A stretch of 64,000 nucleotides of DNA from Candidatus Eiseniibacteriota bacterium (GCA_044229145.1 JBGATO010000002.1:50486-114485), one strand, 5' to 3'; counted from the stretch's first letter, positions 9,397 through 19,862 are shown. The notes: generated from the sequence alone by a model not told the origin. Translations and numbers: made by a program.

Positions 9397-9926
9397 GCGT
9401 GTCTCCGGCGATGCGGCCACGTCGGCCCGGGCGGCGGCGGCACCGCCGCGTCCGGCGCCGCGCGCCGCGCGAGTTCGAGCCGCAACGAATCGAGCCCGCG
9501 CGCCATCGCCCAGCGGTGATTGAAGGCGAACAGCGGCCGCAAGAACGGCGTCAGCGCGCGCAAGAGCGGCTTCTCGGCGCGGATGCGCCAGTCGTAGACG
9601 ATGTCGACGTCGTCGCCGCGCTGCGTGAACGTCCACTCGCCGCGCCCGACGAAATCGCCCTCGGCGGCGATGGTGAAGCCATGCGGCGTGCGCACGTCGA
9701 CGACGCGGAAGTGCCAGCGCAGCGTGTACGGCAGCCAGCCCTTCGTCCACAGCGCGACCCGGCGGCCGACGCCGCGCGCGTCGCCCGGCTCGACGACGCG
9801 GACGTCGAGGTACACGCTTGGCCACCAGCGCGCGAGGCCGGGCGCGTCGCCGAGGATGTCGCTGACCTCCTGCGCGGTGCCGGGCACCGTCCAGCGGGTG
9901 ACGAAGTGGTAGTCGTTGACGGCCAT
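9393..9926 (-). CDS. SRPBCC/polyketide cyclase-like protein
   Basis: MAVNDYHFVTRW...WWPSVY...KGWLPYTLRW...GDFVGRGEW...NHRWAM. Confidence 0.8.
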   Translation of the reverse strand: MAVNDYHFVTRWTVPGTAQEVSDILGDAPGLARWWPSVYLDVRVVEPGDARGVGRRVALWTKGWLPYTLRWHFRVVDVRTPHGFTIAAEGDFVGRGEWTFTQRGDDVDIVYDWRIRAEKPLLRALTPFLRPLFAFNHRWAMARGLDSLRLELARRAAPDAAVPPPPGPTWPHRRRHA

Positions 9927-10040
9927 CGCCTCTCTCGTGCGCGGAACTGTCGGGGGGAGGACGTATGCTCCGGGGCCCACGCGGAGACTCGGAGATTTCA
10001 TGGACGGACGTTCGGCACCGGCACGGCGGATCGCAGCGCG

Positions 10041-11171
10041 ATGAGATTCCTGCACACCGCCGATTGGCATCTCGGCCGCATGCTCGCCGGCTACTCGCTG
10101 CTCGATGATCAAGCGCACGTCCTCGACCAGTTCGTCGCGCTGGTGCGCGAGACGCGGCCGGACGCCGTGCTGCTCGCCGGAGACGTCTACGATCGCGCGG
10201 TGCCGCCGGCCGACGCGGTCGCGTTGCTCGACGACACGGTCGCGCGTCTGGCGGCGTGCGGCGTGCCGCTCGTCGCGATCGCCGGGAATCACGATAGCCC
10301 CGAGCGTCTCGGCTTCGGCAGCCGCCTTTTCGCGGGCGGCGGGGTCCACATCGCGGGGCCACTGGGGGCCACGCCGTTGCGCGTGCCGCTGGCGGACGCG
10401 CACGGGCCGCTGCACATCGTCGCGCTGCCGTACGCGGAGCCGGCGGTGGTGCGCGAGGTGCTCGGCCGCGACGACCTCGACTCGCACGACGCGGCGATGG
10501 GCGCACTGTGCGACGTGGTGCGCGCGGCGACGCCGGCCGGCACGCGGGTGGTGCTCGTCGCGCACGCGTTCGTGGCGGGCGGCGAGGAGAGCGCGTCGGA
10601 GCGCGCGCTGAGCGTCGGTGGCAGCGGCGTCGTGGCGCCGGAGCGCTTCGACGGCTTCGCGTACGTGGCGCTTGGGCACTTGCATCGCCCGCAGTTGGCG
10701 GGCGGGCCGCGCGTGCGCTACAGCGGGTCGCTGCTCAAGTACTCGGCGAGCGAGGCGCTGCAGCGCAAGTCGGTGTCGCTCGTCGAGGTCGACGCGGCGG
10801 GCGCGGCGCAGGTCGAGGAGATCACGCTGGCGCCGCGGCGCGATTTGCGCGTGGTGACAGGCGAACTCGACACGCTGCTGCGCGAGCCGCCGAGTGACGA
10901 CTACATCCACGTGCGCCTGCTCGACCGCGAGCCGCCGCACCAGCCGGCGGAGCGGTTGCGCGCGGTGTTTCCGTCTCTGCTCGGCGTCGAGTTCGCCGGT
11001 GTCGACGCGCCCGGCTCGCTGGATGTCACCGCGATCGAACGCACGCGCCGCCGCAGCGACCTCGAGGTGTTCGACGACTTCGTCCGCGCGATGACCGGCG
11101 AGGCGATGTCCGACGCGGAGCGCGAGGCGTTCGCGGCCGCCGTCGGCACGCGTGCGGAGGACGACGCGTGA
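10041..11171 (+). CDS. sbcD: Exonuclease SbcCD subunit D (Mre11-like)
   Basis: HTADWHLG, AGDVYD, GNHDS, ALGHLH, RYSGSLLKYS metallophosphoesterase motifs. Confidence 0.95.
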   Translation: MRFLHTADWHLGRMLAGYSLLDDQAHVLDQFVALVRETRPDAVLLAGDVYDRAVPPADAVALLDDTVARLAACGVPLVAIAGNHDSPERLGFGSRLFAGGGVHIAGPLGATPLRVPLADAHGPLHIVALPYAEPAVVREVLGRDDLDSHDAAMGALCDVVRAATPAGTRVVLVAHAFVAGGEESASERALSVGGSGVVAPERFDGFAYVALGHLHRPQLAGGPRVRYSGSLLKYSASEALQRKSVSLVEVDAAGAAQVEEITLAPRRDLRVVTGELDTLLREPPSDDYIHVRLLDREPPHQPAERLRAVFPSLLGVEFAGVDAPGSLDVTAIERTRRRSDLEVFDDFVRAMTGEAMSDAEREAFAAAVGTRAEDDA

Positions 11172-14100
11172 AGCCGCTGCGGCTACGTCTCCGCGCCTTT
11201 GGCGCCTTCGCCGGCGAGTGCGACCTCGACTTCCGCACCCTCGGCGCGCGCACCTTCTTCCTCATCCACGGGCCCACGGGCGCGGGGAAGTCGACCATCC
11301 TCGACGCGCTCTGCTTCGCCCTGTACGGCGAAAGCTCCGGCGACGAGCGCAGCGGCGCGCAACTGCGCTCCGATTACGCCGCGCCCGAGACGCCGACCGA
11401 CGTCACGCTCGACTTCGCCGTCGGACGCGAGATCTACCGTGTCCAGCGCGCGCCTGAATACGAACGGGCGAAGAAGCGCGGCGAGGGCACCACGACCGTG
11501 AAGGCGTCGGCGACGTTGTGGCGCCGCACTGGCTGCGCGCGCGACGAGGACGAGGGCCGCGTGCTGGCCGCCAAGCCGAGCGACGCGACGAAGGAAATCG
11601 AGCGCTTGCTCGGCTTCCGCGCCGAGGAGTTCCGCCACGTCGTCGTGTTGCCGCAGGGCCGCTTCCGCGAGGTGCTGACGTCGTCGACGGACGATCGCAA
11701 GGCGATCTTCGAGAAGCTGTTCCGCACCGCGCGGTTCGCGTCGGTGCAGAAGACGCTCGACACGCGGGCGAAGGAGGCGCGGCGCGCGCTCGACGACGCG
11801 CTGACGGCGGTGCAGGCGCTACTCGATCGCGCCGGCGTCGCGGACGATGCCGGACTCGCCGCGCAGGTGGGCGAGCTGGCCGCGGCGGAAACGGCGGCGG
11901 CGGCGGCGTTGCAGACGGCGGCCGCGGCCGAGGCGCATGCGCGTGCGACGTTGCAGGCGGCGCAGGAGGTCGACGCGAAGTTCGTCGAGGCGGCGAACGC
12001 CGATGCGGCGCTGACCGCGTTGGAAGCGGAGCAGGCGACGCATGTCGCGCGTGCCGCGCGGCTGGAGGCCGCCGGGCGCGCGACGCACGTGGACGCCGCG
12101 GCGCAGGCGGCGGTGACGGCGGGCGAGGAGGTTGCCCGCGCGCAGACCCGCGCGGATCAGGCCGGCGTGGCCGCGTCGGAGGCAACTGCGCGCGCGGCGC
12201 AGGCGAGCGAGGCGCGGGCGACGCGGAGGCGCGCGTGCCGGAGCAGGCCGCCGCGCGCCGAGGAGGCGTGGGCTCGACGCGCTCGCCGTGCATGCGAGTG
12301 CGTGGGACAGAGGCGCGTGGGAGCATGGCGGAGGCGGCGCGGACGGCGCTCGACGCTGCGGGGCGCGCGACGGCCGCGGGTGCGGCGGAAGCGTGCGACG
12401 CCGCGCGCCTCGGCGCGGCGAACGCCGCCGTCGCCGCGACGCCTGCGCGCCGAGGCCGCGAAGGCAGAGGCCGCGCGCCGCGCCGCCTCCGACGCGGCGG
12501 CGCTCTGCACGACGGCACAACAGGCCGCCGACCTCGCTCGCACGCTGGCGACAGAGCGCGATGTCGTCGAGAGCGACCAGGGCGCCGTCGCCCGCGCGCA
12601 GGAGATGGCTGCCGCCGCCCACGAGCAGGTCGCCGCGTGCAGCTGCGTGGCTCGCAGATCAGGCGGCGCTGCTCGCCGCGCGCCTCGTCGACGGCGAGCC
12701 GTGCGCCGTCTGCGGCGCCCGCACCCGGCGCCGGCGCGCGTCGACGGTGGCGGCGTCTCGTCCGGTGACCTCACCACCGCGCGCGACGCCGCGCGTACCG
12801 CCGATGCCGCGGTGGCCACTGCGCTCGAAGCGCTCGGACGCTCGCAGGCTGCCGTCGCACGCTCCGAGGAGAAACTCGCCGGCCTGCTCCGCGCACTGCC
12901 CGCTTTCGAGGGCGACGTCGACGCGCATGTGCCGGCTGGCGCGCCGTCGCCGAGGACGCGGCGGCGAGCCGCCGCGGCCGAGGAGGCGGCGAGCCGGCTC
13001 CCCGCATTGCAGGCCGCCGCGGACGCGGCATCCGCCGCCTTGCGACCGCCAGCACCGCCGCCGACACCGCGCGCGGCGACGTGCAGCGCCTCGAAGGCGC
13101 GGCGGCGGCGGCCGCCGCTGCCCTTGCCCGCGCCGAGGCCGCGCTCCCGCCGGGTGGCGCTCGGCGCGACGGCGCCCTCGAGGCCGCGCGCACCGCGCAC
13201 CAGGCGACGATCGAGGCCATCGATGCCGCGCCCACGCAGAGCCGCGCCGACGATCGACCGCCGCCCAGGCCGCCGTGGCGGCGGCCGCCGCCACGGCCGC
13301 ACGCGAGCACCTCGCCGAGCGCACGACCGCCGCCACCGCCGCCGAATCCGCCTTCCTCGCCGCATGCACAGCGCATGGATTCGCCGACGCCACCGCCTAC
13401 CGCGCCGCGCGACTCGACGCCGCGGAACACGCCGCCCTGCGCGCTGCCCACGACGCGCACGAGCAAGCGCTCGCCGCCGCCCGCGACCGCCGCGACCGCG
13501 CCGCCGCCGCGCTCGACGGTCTCGCACGCCCTGACCTCGCCGCCGCGCGCGACGCGGACGCCGCCGCCACCGCGCAGCGCACCGCCGCCGCCACCGCGCA
13601 CGGCACGGCGCGCGAACGCCACGCCGCCGCCGTCGCCACGCGCGCGAGATCGCCACGCGCCGCGCCGCGCGCCGAGGATGAAGCGCGCTACCGCACGCTG
13701 CAGCGCCTCGCCGACCTCGCCTCCGGCAAGTCGACGCCGCGCCGCATCGACTTCCACACCTACGTGCAACTCGCGTATCTCGCCGACGTGCTCGCCGCCG
13801 CCAGCCGCCGTTTGCTGGCGATGACAGGCGGCCGCTTCCGCCTCGTCACCCACGAGGCGGCACTCGACAAGCGCGCGAAGGAAGGTCTCGACATCGACGT
13901 GTTCGACGCGAACACCGGCGCCGTGCGCTCGGCCCGCACGCTCTCGGGCGGCGAAGGCTTCATGGCGGCGCTCAGTCTGGCGCTCGGCCTCGCCGACGTC
14001 GTGCAGCGCACCACCGGCGGCATCCACCTCGACACCATCTTCGTCGACGAAGGATTCGGCAGCCTCGATCAAGAATCGCTGGACGCCGCGATGCGTGCCC

Positions 14101-14234
14101 TGGTGGACTTGCAGGAAGGCGGCCGCATGGTCGGCGTGATCTCGCACGTCACCGAAATGCTGCAGCAGATCCCAACGCGCCTCGAGGTCCGCGGCGGCCG
14201 CGGCGGCAGCAGCGCGCGGTTCGTCATCGGATGA
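11168..14234 (+). CDS. sbcC: Exonuclease SbcCD subunit C (Rad50-like), with multiple frameshifts in the coiled-coil region
   Basis: Walker A GPTGAGKST and VVLPQGRF in one frame; zinc hook GEPCAVCG, LSGGE signature and IFVDEGFGSLD Walker B in another; Ala-rich coiled-coil pieces are spread over all three frames. Confidence 0.85.
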
Positions 14235-15553
14235 GGAGAATCCCCGTGAAGCGTCTCGCCCTCGCGGCCGCGCTGTCGTGCGTGCCGCTCGTCTCCCATG
14301 CCGCGCTCGCCCCGGCCGAACGTCGCCTCGCGCAGGCAGTCACGAAGCGCGAGCCGGCCGCGCAGGCGTTCCTCCACCGCGTCGTCGACATCAACAGCGG
14401 CACGATGAACTTCGACGGCGTGCGCGAGGTCGCGAAGGCATTCGCGCCGGAGTTCGAGAAGCTCGGATTCACGACACGCTGGGTCGACGGCGCGGGGTGG
14501 CATCGCGCCGGACATCTCATCGCCACCCGCGCCGCCGCGAAGCGTGGCGCGCCACAGGTGCTGCTGATCGGCCACCTCGACACCGTCTTCGAGAAGGACA
14601 GCCCGTTCCAACGCATGACGCCGCTCACCGACTCGACCGCTACCGGCCCGGGCCTCAGCGACATGAAGGGCGGCGACGTCGTCGTGCTCCTCGCGCTCCA
14701 GGCGATGCGCGACGCCGGCGTGCTCGACCGCATGACCGTCACCGTCTTCCTCTGCGGCGACGAGGAAAAGCGCGGCGAGCCGGAAGACCTCGCGCGCGGC
14801 GATCTCCTCGCCGCGGCACGCGACGCCGACATCGCGCTCGGCTTCGAGGACGGCGACGGCGACCCCGGCCACGCGGTCATCGCGCGGCGCGGGTCGATGG
14901 GGTGGACGCTACGCGTGCACGGGACACCGTCGCACTCGTCGCAAATCTTCCGCGCCGACATCGGCATGGGCGCGGTGTACGAGGCCGCGCGTCTGCTCAC
15001 CGCGTTTCGCGACTCGCTCGGTGGCGATCCGCTGCTCACCTTCAACGCCGGCCTCATCCTCGGCGGAACGACGGTCACCCACGACCCGCAGACGAGCAGC
15101 GGCACCGCGTTCGGCAAGACCAACGTCGTCCCCGAGAGCACCATCGTGAAGGGCGACCTGCGCGCGATCAGCCCGGAACGCTTCGATGAGGCGCGGGCGA
15201 CGATGACACGGATCGTCGCCGCGTCGTCGCCGCACACCAGCGCCACCATCGTCTTCGGCGACCGCTATCCGCCGCTCGCGCCGACGCCCGGCAACGATGC
15301 GCTGCGCGCGCTCTACAGCGCGGCGAGCCGCGATCTCGGCTACGGGGAGGTCACCGCGATGGATCCGTCACGCGCCGGCGCCGCCGACATCTCGTACACG
15401 GCGGGTTTGGTCGGAGGCGCCATCGACGGCATCGGCATGCGCGGCGATCAAGAACACACGGTCGGCGAATGGGCGAACCTGCGCTGGCTGCCGCGCCAAG
15501 CGCAACGCTTGGCCGTGACGCTGACACGCTGGGCCGCGGGGCGCGGCCGCTAG
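14231..15553 (+). CDS. Secreted M20 family metallopeptidase (carboxypeptidase G2-like)
   Basis: Signal peptide; LIGHLDTVF, GPGLSDMKGG, GDEE, HSS, EHT motifs. Confidence 0.9.
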   Translation: MRRIPVKRLALAAALSCVPLVSHAALAPAERRLAQAVTKREPAAQAFLHRVVDINSGTMNFDGVREVAKAFAPEFEKLGFTTRWVDGAGWHRAGHLIATRAAAKRGAPQVLLIGHLDTVFEKDSPFQRMTPLTDSTATGPGLSDMKGGDVVVLLALQAMRDAGVLDRMTVTVFLCGDEEKRGEPEDLARGDLLAAARDADIALGFEDGDGDPGHAVIARRGSMGWTLRVHGTPSHSSQIFRADIGMGAVYEAARLLTAFRDSLGGDPLLTFNAGLILGGTTVTHDPQTSSGTAFGKTNVVPESTIVKGDLRAISPERFDEARATMTRIVAASSPHTSATIVFGDRYPPLAPTPGNDALRALYSAASRDLGYGEVTAMDPSRAGAADISYTAGLVGGAIDGIGMRGDQEHTVGEWANLRWLPRQAQRLAVTLTRWAAGRGR

Positions 15554-16264
15554 CTAGCGCGCGACCGGCACCTGCGGTCCGCGCCGCAACACATCGTCGC
15601 GCAAAGCCAGCAATGCGTCGTGGACGTCGCCCGGCATCGGCCCGGCGTGGCCTGCGCCATCGGTGCGCGTGACGGTGAGCTGGCTGCCGGTGTCGACGAG
15701 ACGCCGCGTGCCGTCCACCCGCGCCAAACTCTGCGTGCGACCGTCCAACGCGCTGAGAGCCGTCTCGTCCGCCGCCGCGCGGATCGACGCCGTGCCGCTC
15801 GTCACGTCCACCGCCGTCACCGGCGTGTCGACGTGAAAGCGCGAGCCGCTGAAGCCCGGCCCGCACGCGATCCGCAGCTCGCCCGCGCTCAACACCGTGC
15901 CGCACGCGCGGCCGACCCACTTGCCCGGCCCACGCGGCAAGTCGAACGACGTGCCCGACGTCGCCTCCACCACCGCGCTGCCGTCCGGCAGCGACATCCG
16001 CAACAGGCCGCCGTCGAGCACGGTGAGCGTGTCGCCCTCGTGCGCCGCCGATGGCGCGGCGAGCAGCGCCGAATCCGCCACGGCGTGGCCATTGACCGCG
16101 ACGTGCGATGCCGCCTCGATGCGCCACCCCGGGCCGCCATTCGACGTCGTCACGAAGAGCAGGAACATCACCGCCAGCCCGAGCCCGGCCGCGGCGAACC
16201 AAAACGCGCGCTTGCCGATCTCCTCGGGTGTCGGGGTGGGAGAGGTGGTCGAGTCGTCAGACAT
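15554..16264 (-). CDS. Single-TM protein with FecR-like beta domain
   Basis: One TM helix followed by LRMSLPDGSAV...LSAGEL...FHVDTP...VTSGT pattern. Confidence 0.55.
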   Translation of the reverse strand: MSDDSTTSPTPTPEEIGKRAFWFAAAGLGLAVMFLLFVTTSNGGPGWRIEAASHVAVNGHAVADSALLAAPSAAHEGDTLTVLDGGLLRMSLPDGSAVVEATSGTSFDLPRGPGKWVGRACGTVLSAGELRIACGPGFSGSRFHVDTPVTAVDVTSGTASIRAAADETALSALDGRTQSLARVDGTRRLVDTGSQLTVTRTDGAGHAGPMPGDVHDALLALRDDVLRRGPQVPVAR

Positions 16265-16396
16265 GCGGCGGAGTGTAGGGGGCGCGATGGCGCGGGGCAA
16301 GGCAACCGGACGGGACCTACGCCACCGGCCCCGCCACCGTCCTCCCGCCATACACCGCCCGCGCGGGGCGATGGGGCGTCGTGGATGCCGGGGGTG

Positions 16397-16822
16397 CTAG
16401 TGCAGCGGATGCGCCTCCAACGCGTCGATCGCCTTGTCGAATTGTTCGGGCCGCACGTAGATCAAGTACCCGTAGTGGCCGTTGCCGTCGGCGCAGCCGG
16501 AGGTCGCGTAGACGTTCACGCCGACGTGCGCGAGACGCTCGTGGACTTTGGCGAGCGCGCCGAGTTCGTCGTCGCCCTGGACCAGGATCGCGCCGTGCGG
16601 GCCGAGCAGCGTGAAGCGCGCGCGTTCGGCGGCGCGGGTCAGCGTGTGCGGGTCGTCGGGGAAGAGGGTGAGCTGCGTGGTGTCCGGGCCCACCGGCACC
16701 GAGCTCACCGCCAGCAAGTTCACGCCGAGGGACGCGAGCTGCGAGAGCAGCTTGTAGGATTCGCCGGGCAGGTCTTGCACCGTCGTGTAGTAGTAGTCGA
16801 TGCGCCGAATCTTGAACGCCAT
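16397..16822 (-). CDS. Tandem ACT-domain protein
   Basis: VQDLPGESYKLLSQLASLGVNL and GDDELGALAKVHERLAHVGVNV. Confidence 0.8.
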   Translation of the reverse strand: MAFKIRRIDYYYTTVQDLPGESYKLLSQLASLGVNLLAVSSVPVGPDTTQLTLFPDDPHTLTRAAERARFTLLGPHGAILVQGDDELGALAKVHERLAHVGVNVYATSGCADGNGHYGYLIYVRPEQFDKAIDALEAHPLH

Positions 16823-16965
16823 GACCTTGCCTCCCCTGGCTCGCGACCGCAAACGTGCACGCTCCGGCACCGCGCCGGAGCCCGAGACGCCGAGAGCATG
16901 GCCGACGCGCCCGGGCTCCGCAGTGGTGCTATCGTCGCACATGGACGGCTACGGACGGGCGGGCG

Positions 16966-17859
16966 TTACGACTTTCGCGAGGGCTTCGGTGGCACGCTCT
17001 GGAGGAACATCCACAGCGCCGCGAGTTCGTCGTCGGTCATTTGCCCGAAGTTCGGCCACGGCATGTAGCGGCTCAGCACCTTGCCCTCCGGCGTTTGGCC
17101 GGTGCGCAGCGTGTGGACGAACTGCTCCTGTGTCCAGTGGGCGAGGTTGCCGCCCTCACCGCGTGTCAGGTTGGGCGCCGGCGGCGCGCCGGGCTCGCCG
17201 GTGGAGCCGCCGGCGAGGTCCTTCTGGTGGCAGCCGATGCACGAGTTCGCCAGGTAGCTGCCGTAGGCGGCGGTGACGCCGATCGCCGGCGCGGGCGGAT
17301 ACGGCGCGGCATGGTCGATCTGATCGGCGGGGATGAAGCCGGACGGCTGCAGGGTGGCCAGGAGCCAGCCCAAGGGCCGCAACGTGCAGCCGGGGCTCGG
17401 CTTGTCGCTGGCCGGCAGGCTGCGGGCGTAGGCAATCAGCGCGCCGACATCGGAGTCGCTCAGGTGCCAGTAGAGGTCGGCGGGCATGACGAACAGCGCG
17501 CGCCCGCTTGGCGTCACGCCGTGGCGGATGGCGCGATTCCAGTCGGCGGGCGAGAAGTCCTTGGTCAGACCGCCGCGCGTGATGTTCGGCGCGTGGACGC
17601 GGCCCACCGGGCCGGCTTCGAAGATCGTCGTTCCAGCCAAGTCCGCGCCGTGACATCCCTGGCAGTCGAAGATCACGGCCAAGTGCTTGCCGCGGGCGAT
17701 CGCGGCGGAGTCGCTCGGCACGGTCACCGAGACAGCGGGCACGACGTGGGTGCGCGTGCGCAAGTACTGCACGCGGACTCCCATCACGGCGAACGCGAGG
17801 ACGACGAGGGCGAGCAGTGCCACGACGGCACGCACCAGCCAACGGACGAAGGTTCGCAT
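16966..17859 (-). CDS. Membrane-anchored diheme cytochrome c
   Basis: N-terminal TM; CQGCHGADL and CIGCHQKDL heme motifs; APNIT/APNLT and MPW motifs. Confidence 0.9.
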   Translation of the reverse strand: MRTFVRWLVRAVVALLALVVLAFAVMGVRVQYLRTRTHVVPAVSVTVPSDSAAIARGKHLAVIFDCQGCHGADLAGTTIFEAGPVGRVHAPNITRGGLTKDFSPADWNRAIRHGVTPSGRALFVMPADLYWHLSDSDVGALIAYARSLPASDKPSPGCTLRPLGWLLATLQPSGFIPADQIDHAAPYPPAPAIGVTAAYGSYLANSCIGCHQKDLAGGSTGEPGAPPAPNLTRGEGGNLAHWTQEQFVHTLRTGQTPEGKVLSRYMPWPNFGQMTDDELAALWMFLQSVPPKPSRKS

Positions 17860-18021
17860 GGGGGCGACCTCCTGTGCTCTTCGGGTCGACGAGACCCCGG
17901 CGGGGCCGACGGTGGGGAGTTCGCCTAAAGTAGCCCATCCGTGCGCTCCCGCAAGTCCCTTTCTCGGCTGAATCCTTCGCGCCCCTGTGTGTCTCGCACG
18001 CCGTGAAAGGGGGATCCACAG

Positions 18022-18231
18022 ATGACGTTCGGACGCAACGAAGGCGCGGTGGACCGTGTGGTGCGCGCGGTGGTGGGAGCAGCGCTGGTGGGCTCGGCGG
18101 TGGTGGGGCCGCATTGGAAGTGGGGCTGGATCGGCGTCATCTTGCTGGTCACCGCCGCGCTCGGCATGTGCCCGCTGTACTCGATCTTCGGCATCTCGAC
18201 CTGCCCGGCCAAGCCGGCGCGCAAGGCCTGA
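18022..18231 (+). CDS. DUF2892 (YgaP-like) small membrane protein
   Basis: NEGAVDRVVR...LLVTAALGMCPLYSIFGISTCP. Confidence 0.9.
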   Translation: MTFGRNEGAVDRVVRAVVGAALVGSAVVGPHWKWGWIGVILLVTAALGMCPLYSIFGISTCPAKPARKA

Positions 18232-18264
18232 CGCCGGACGCGCCTCGCGAGGGCGCGCCATGCA

Positions 18265-18301
18265 GAACGCCCCGGGCGACGGCATCCCGCCCGGGGCGTT
18301 C
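18265..18301. terminator. 14-bp perfect hairpin between convergent genes (probable bidirectional terminator)
   Basis: GAACGCCCCGGGCG ... CGCCCGGGGCGTTC. Confidence 0.65.
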
Positions 18302-18319
18302 GCGTGTGGGGGGCGATGA

Positions 18320-18739
18320 TCAGCGGGCCGGTTGCGCGGTCCGGGCGACCAAGGCGTCGAGGGCGCGGGTGAGGCCGGCGGCCACCTCGTCGGCGAGCGG
18401 CTGCAGGCGCAAGTCGCCCGCCGCGGCGAGCGTCCGGCGCGGGTCGATCGCGGTGACCACGGTCTGTCCGTCGTCGGCTTCGTAGACGGTGACGTTGCAC
18501 GGCATCATGAGCCCGACGTCGAGGGTCGCCGACAGCGCCTTGTAGGCGAACGGCGGATTGCACGCGCCGAGGATGCGGTAGCGGCGGAAGTCGACGTCGA
18601 GTTTCTTCTTGAGCGTCGCCGTCACGTCGATTTCGGTCAGGATGCCGAACCCTTCGGCCTGGAGGGCCTCGGGGACCAGCGTGAGGGCATCGTCGAAGCT
18701 CACCGGGACGGTGCGCTGGATGCCGAAGGATTCACTCAT
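18320..18739 (-). CDS. DUF302 domain protein
   Basis: EGFGILTEIDV...YRILGACNP...GLMMPCNVTV. Confidence 0.92.
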   Translation of the reverse strand: MSESFGIQRTVPVSFDDALTLVPEALQAEGFGILTEIDVTATLKKKLDVDFRRYRILGACNPPFAYKALSATLDVGLMMPCNVTVYEADDGQTVVTAIDPRRTLAAAGDLRLQPLADEVAAGLTRALDALVARTAQPAR

Positions 18740-18900
18740 CGGGTCTCCTCGGATGTCGGGGGTGTTGGATCGGCGTGTCCGCGCGCCCGGCGCGGTTCAG
18801 GCACCGCTCAGGTGCCGACGCCCATCGCCGGCAACAGCCAGCGGCTGATCACCAGCCACGCACCGATGGCCAGCAGGACTTGCAGCAGATCGTGTGGCAT
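18736..18900 (-). CDS. Unannotated membrane microprotein with in-frame UGA at codon 31 (candidate selenoprotein, 54 aa; 30 aa if UGA is a stop)
   Basis: GGAGG RBS; MPHDLLQVLLAIGAWLVISRWLLPAMGVGT(UGA)AVPEPRRARGHADPTPPTSEETR*. The final stop overlaps the DUF302 ATG (ATGA). Confidence 0.6.
18772..18807 (-). promoter_or_regulatory. Candidate bacterial SECIS element
   Basis: 12 nt after the UGA: stem CCGCGC/GCGCGG with loop CGGGC; apical loop starts 18 nt after the UGA. Confidence 0.45.
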
Positions 18901-19045
18901 GTGCCCTCCGTGTTCACAGGTGTCCGAACGTGGGAGTCCGGACCCGCGCGCGAAGATTCACGGCGGCCGGCGGGCGGCGGCCGTGCGGACGGGATGCGGC
19001 GCGGGCGGGTTCTCGGCTACACTGCGCGCCTCACCAGGAGATGCC

Positions 19046-19849
19046 ATGTCCGATCTACTCCACTCGATGTCGCTGCGTGGCCGCCACGCGCTGGTCTGCG
19101 GGGCGAGCGCCGGCATCGGCCGCGCCACCGCGATCGCCCTCGCGAGCCTCGGCTGCCGCGTGACGCCGCTGGCCCGCCGCGCGGATCGCCTCGATGCGCT
19201 GCTGCACGAGCTGCACGCGGCCGGATCGCCTGACTCGACGCGCTTCGTGGTCGCCGACCTCAACGATCGTGTCGCCGCGCGCGTCGCCGTCGAGGCGCTG
19301 CTCGGCGAAGTCGGGCCGGTGCACCTGCTGCTCAACAACAGCGGCGGCCCGGCGGCCGGTCCCGTGCTCGAGGCCGACGAGCGCGCCTTCCTCGACGCCT
19401 TCGGGCGCCACGTGCTGGCGGCGCACATGTTGACGCGGCTCGTGCTGCCCGGCATGCGCGAGGCGGGCTTCGGGCGCATCGTCAACGTCATCTCGACGTC
19501 GGTGCGCGAGCCGATCCCGAACCTCGGCGTCAGCAACACGATTCGCGGCGCGATGGCGTCGTGGGCGAAGAGCGTGTCGCGCGAGTTGCCGCCCGGCGTC
19601 ACCATCAACAACATCCTGCCGGGTTACACCGCCACCGAGCGGCTCGGCGAACTCGCGGCGACGCTGTCCGCGAAAACCGGTCGCACCGAAGCACAAGTCG
19701 AACACGATTGGGTGGCGGCGGTGCCGGAGGGCCGGCTCGGCCAGCCGCAGGAGACCGCGGCGGCGATCGCGTTCTTGATGTCGCCGGCGGCGTCGTACAT
19801 CCGCGGGGTGAGTCTCGCCGTCGACGGCGGGCGCTTGCAGTCGATCTGA
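19046..19849 (+). CDS. SDR family oxidoreductase
   Basis: VCGASAGIG, LLNNSGGP, STSVREPIPNLGVSNTIRGA, VDGGR; AGGAG RBS. Confidence 0.92.
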   Translation: MSDLLHSMSLRGRHALVCGASAGIGRATAIALASLGCRVTPLARRADRLDALLHELHAAGSPDSTRFVVADLNDRVAARVAVEALLGEVGPVHLLLNNSGGPAAGPVLEADERAFLDAFGRHVLAAHMLTRLVLPGMREAGFGRIVNVISTSVREPIPNLGVSNTIRGAMASWAKSVSRELPPGVTINNILPGYTATERLGELAATLSAKTGRTEAQVEHDWVAAVPEGRLGQPQETAAAIAFLMSPAASYIRGVSLAVDGGRLQSI

Positions 19850-19862
19850 GGTCGGAGCCGCG

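Noticed and set aside
15554..16264. FecR-like protein as part of an ECF sigma/anti-sigma system
   Set aside because: No adjacent ECF sigma factor or linked receptor; the domain call itself is tentative
18800..18816. Hairpin GGCACC-TGAGC-GGTGCC enclosing the UGA as a terminator for a 30-aa peptide
   Set aside because: Short stem without a U-tract, and it lies inside the coupled read-through frame; kept only as a possible alternative fold
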